Assembly: GCA_043797665.1 (NCBI GenBank)
Contig: JAZDPL010000001.1
Coordinates: 1-25,836, forward strand
DNA length: 25,836 bases
Direction of reading: 5' to 3'
From: Candidatus Omnitrophota bacterium
GTDB taxonomy: Bacteria; Ratteibacteria; UBA8468; MWAK01
Below are positions 25,811-25,836 of the stretch, in pieces. Under the pieces are notes generated by a model. It did no database searches. It saw nothing but the letters and a program-made list of their open reading frames with translations, and had not been told where the DNA came from. A program made the position numbers and the translations under genes. How positions within the stretch are numbered: the stretch's first letter is position 1; the number at the start of each line of letters is the position of its first letter.

Positions 25811-25836
25811 GAAAAAAAGATGAAAGAACGGACAGA

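Overview
A 25.8-kb bacterial window in which every supported gene lies on the minus strand. It reads as a carbohydrate-utilisation-type cluster with an unusual parts list: three short prepilin-type proteins (G|FTLIE N-terminus, H-X9-DG C-terminus; DUF1559-like), five intact URO-D-fold paralogs plus a truncated sixth, four putative glycoside-hydrolase-like proteins (DUF6067-, DUF6259-, DUF4038-like, and a 1163-aa secreted CBM9-like modular protein), two stand-alone secreted LamG proteins, an L-rhamnose mutarotase, a PfkB kinase, an extended SDR, a tandem ADP-ribosylglycohydrolase and a LacI regulator. No transporter and no pilus/T2SS machinery gene is visible. Non-coding features are two near-consensus sigma70 promoters sharing a 13/14-nt candidate LacI operator, two 50-bp GTAG double-hairpin REP-like elements with a compensatory base-pair change, a third GTAG hairpin, and a hairpin upstream of the first prepilin. 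An AT-richer block (~20856-25600) runs from just behind the conserved, GC3-rich prepilin 5' segment to a 5'-truncated, frameshifted URO-D copy, which suggests module exchange. The gene content resembles PVC-related anaerobes (inference only). All family calls come from motif recognition by eye; no database search was run.
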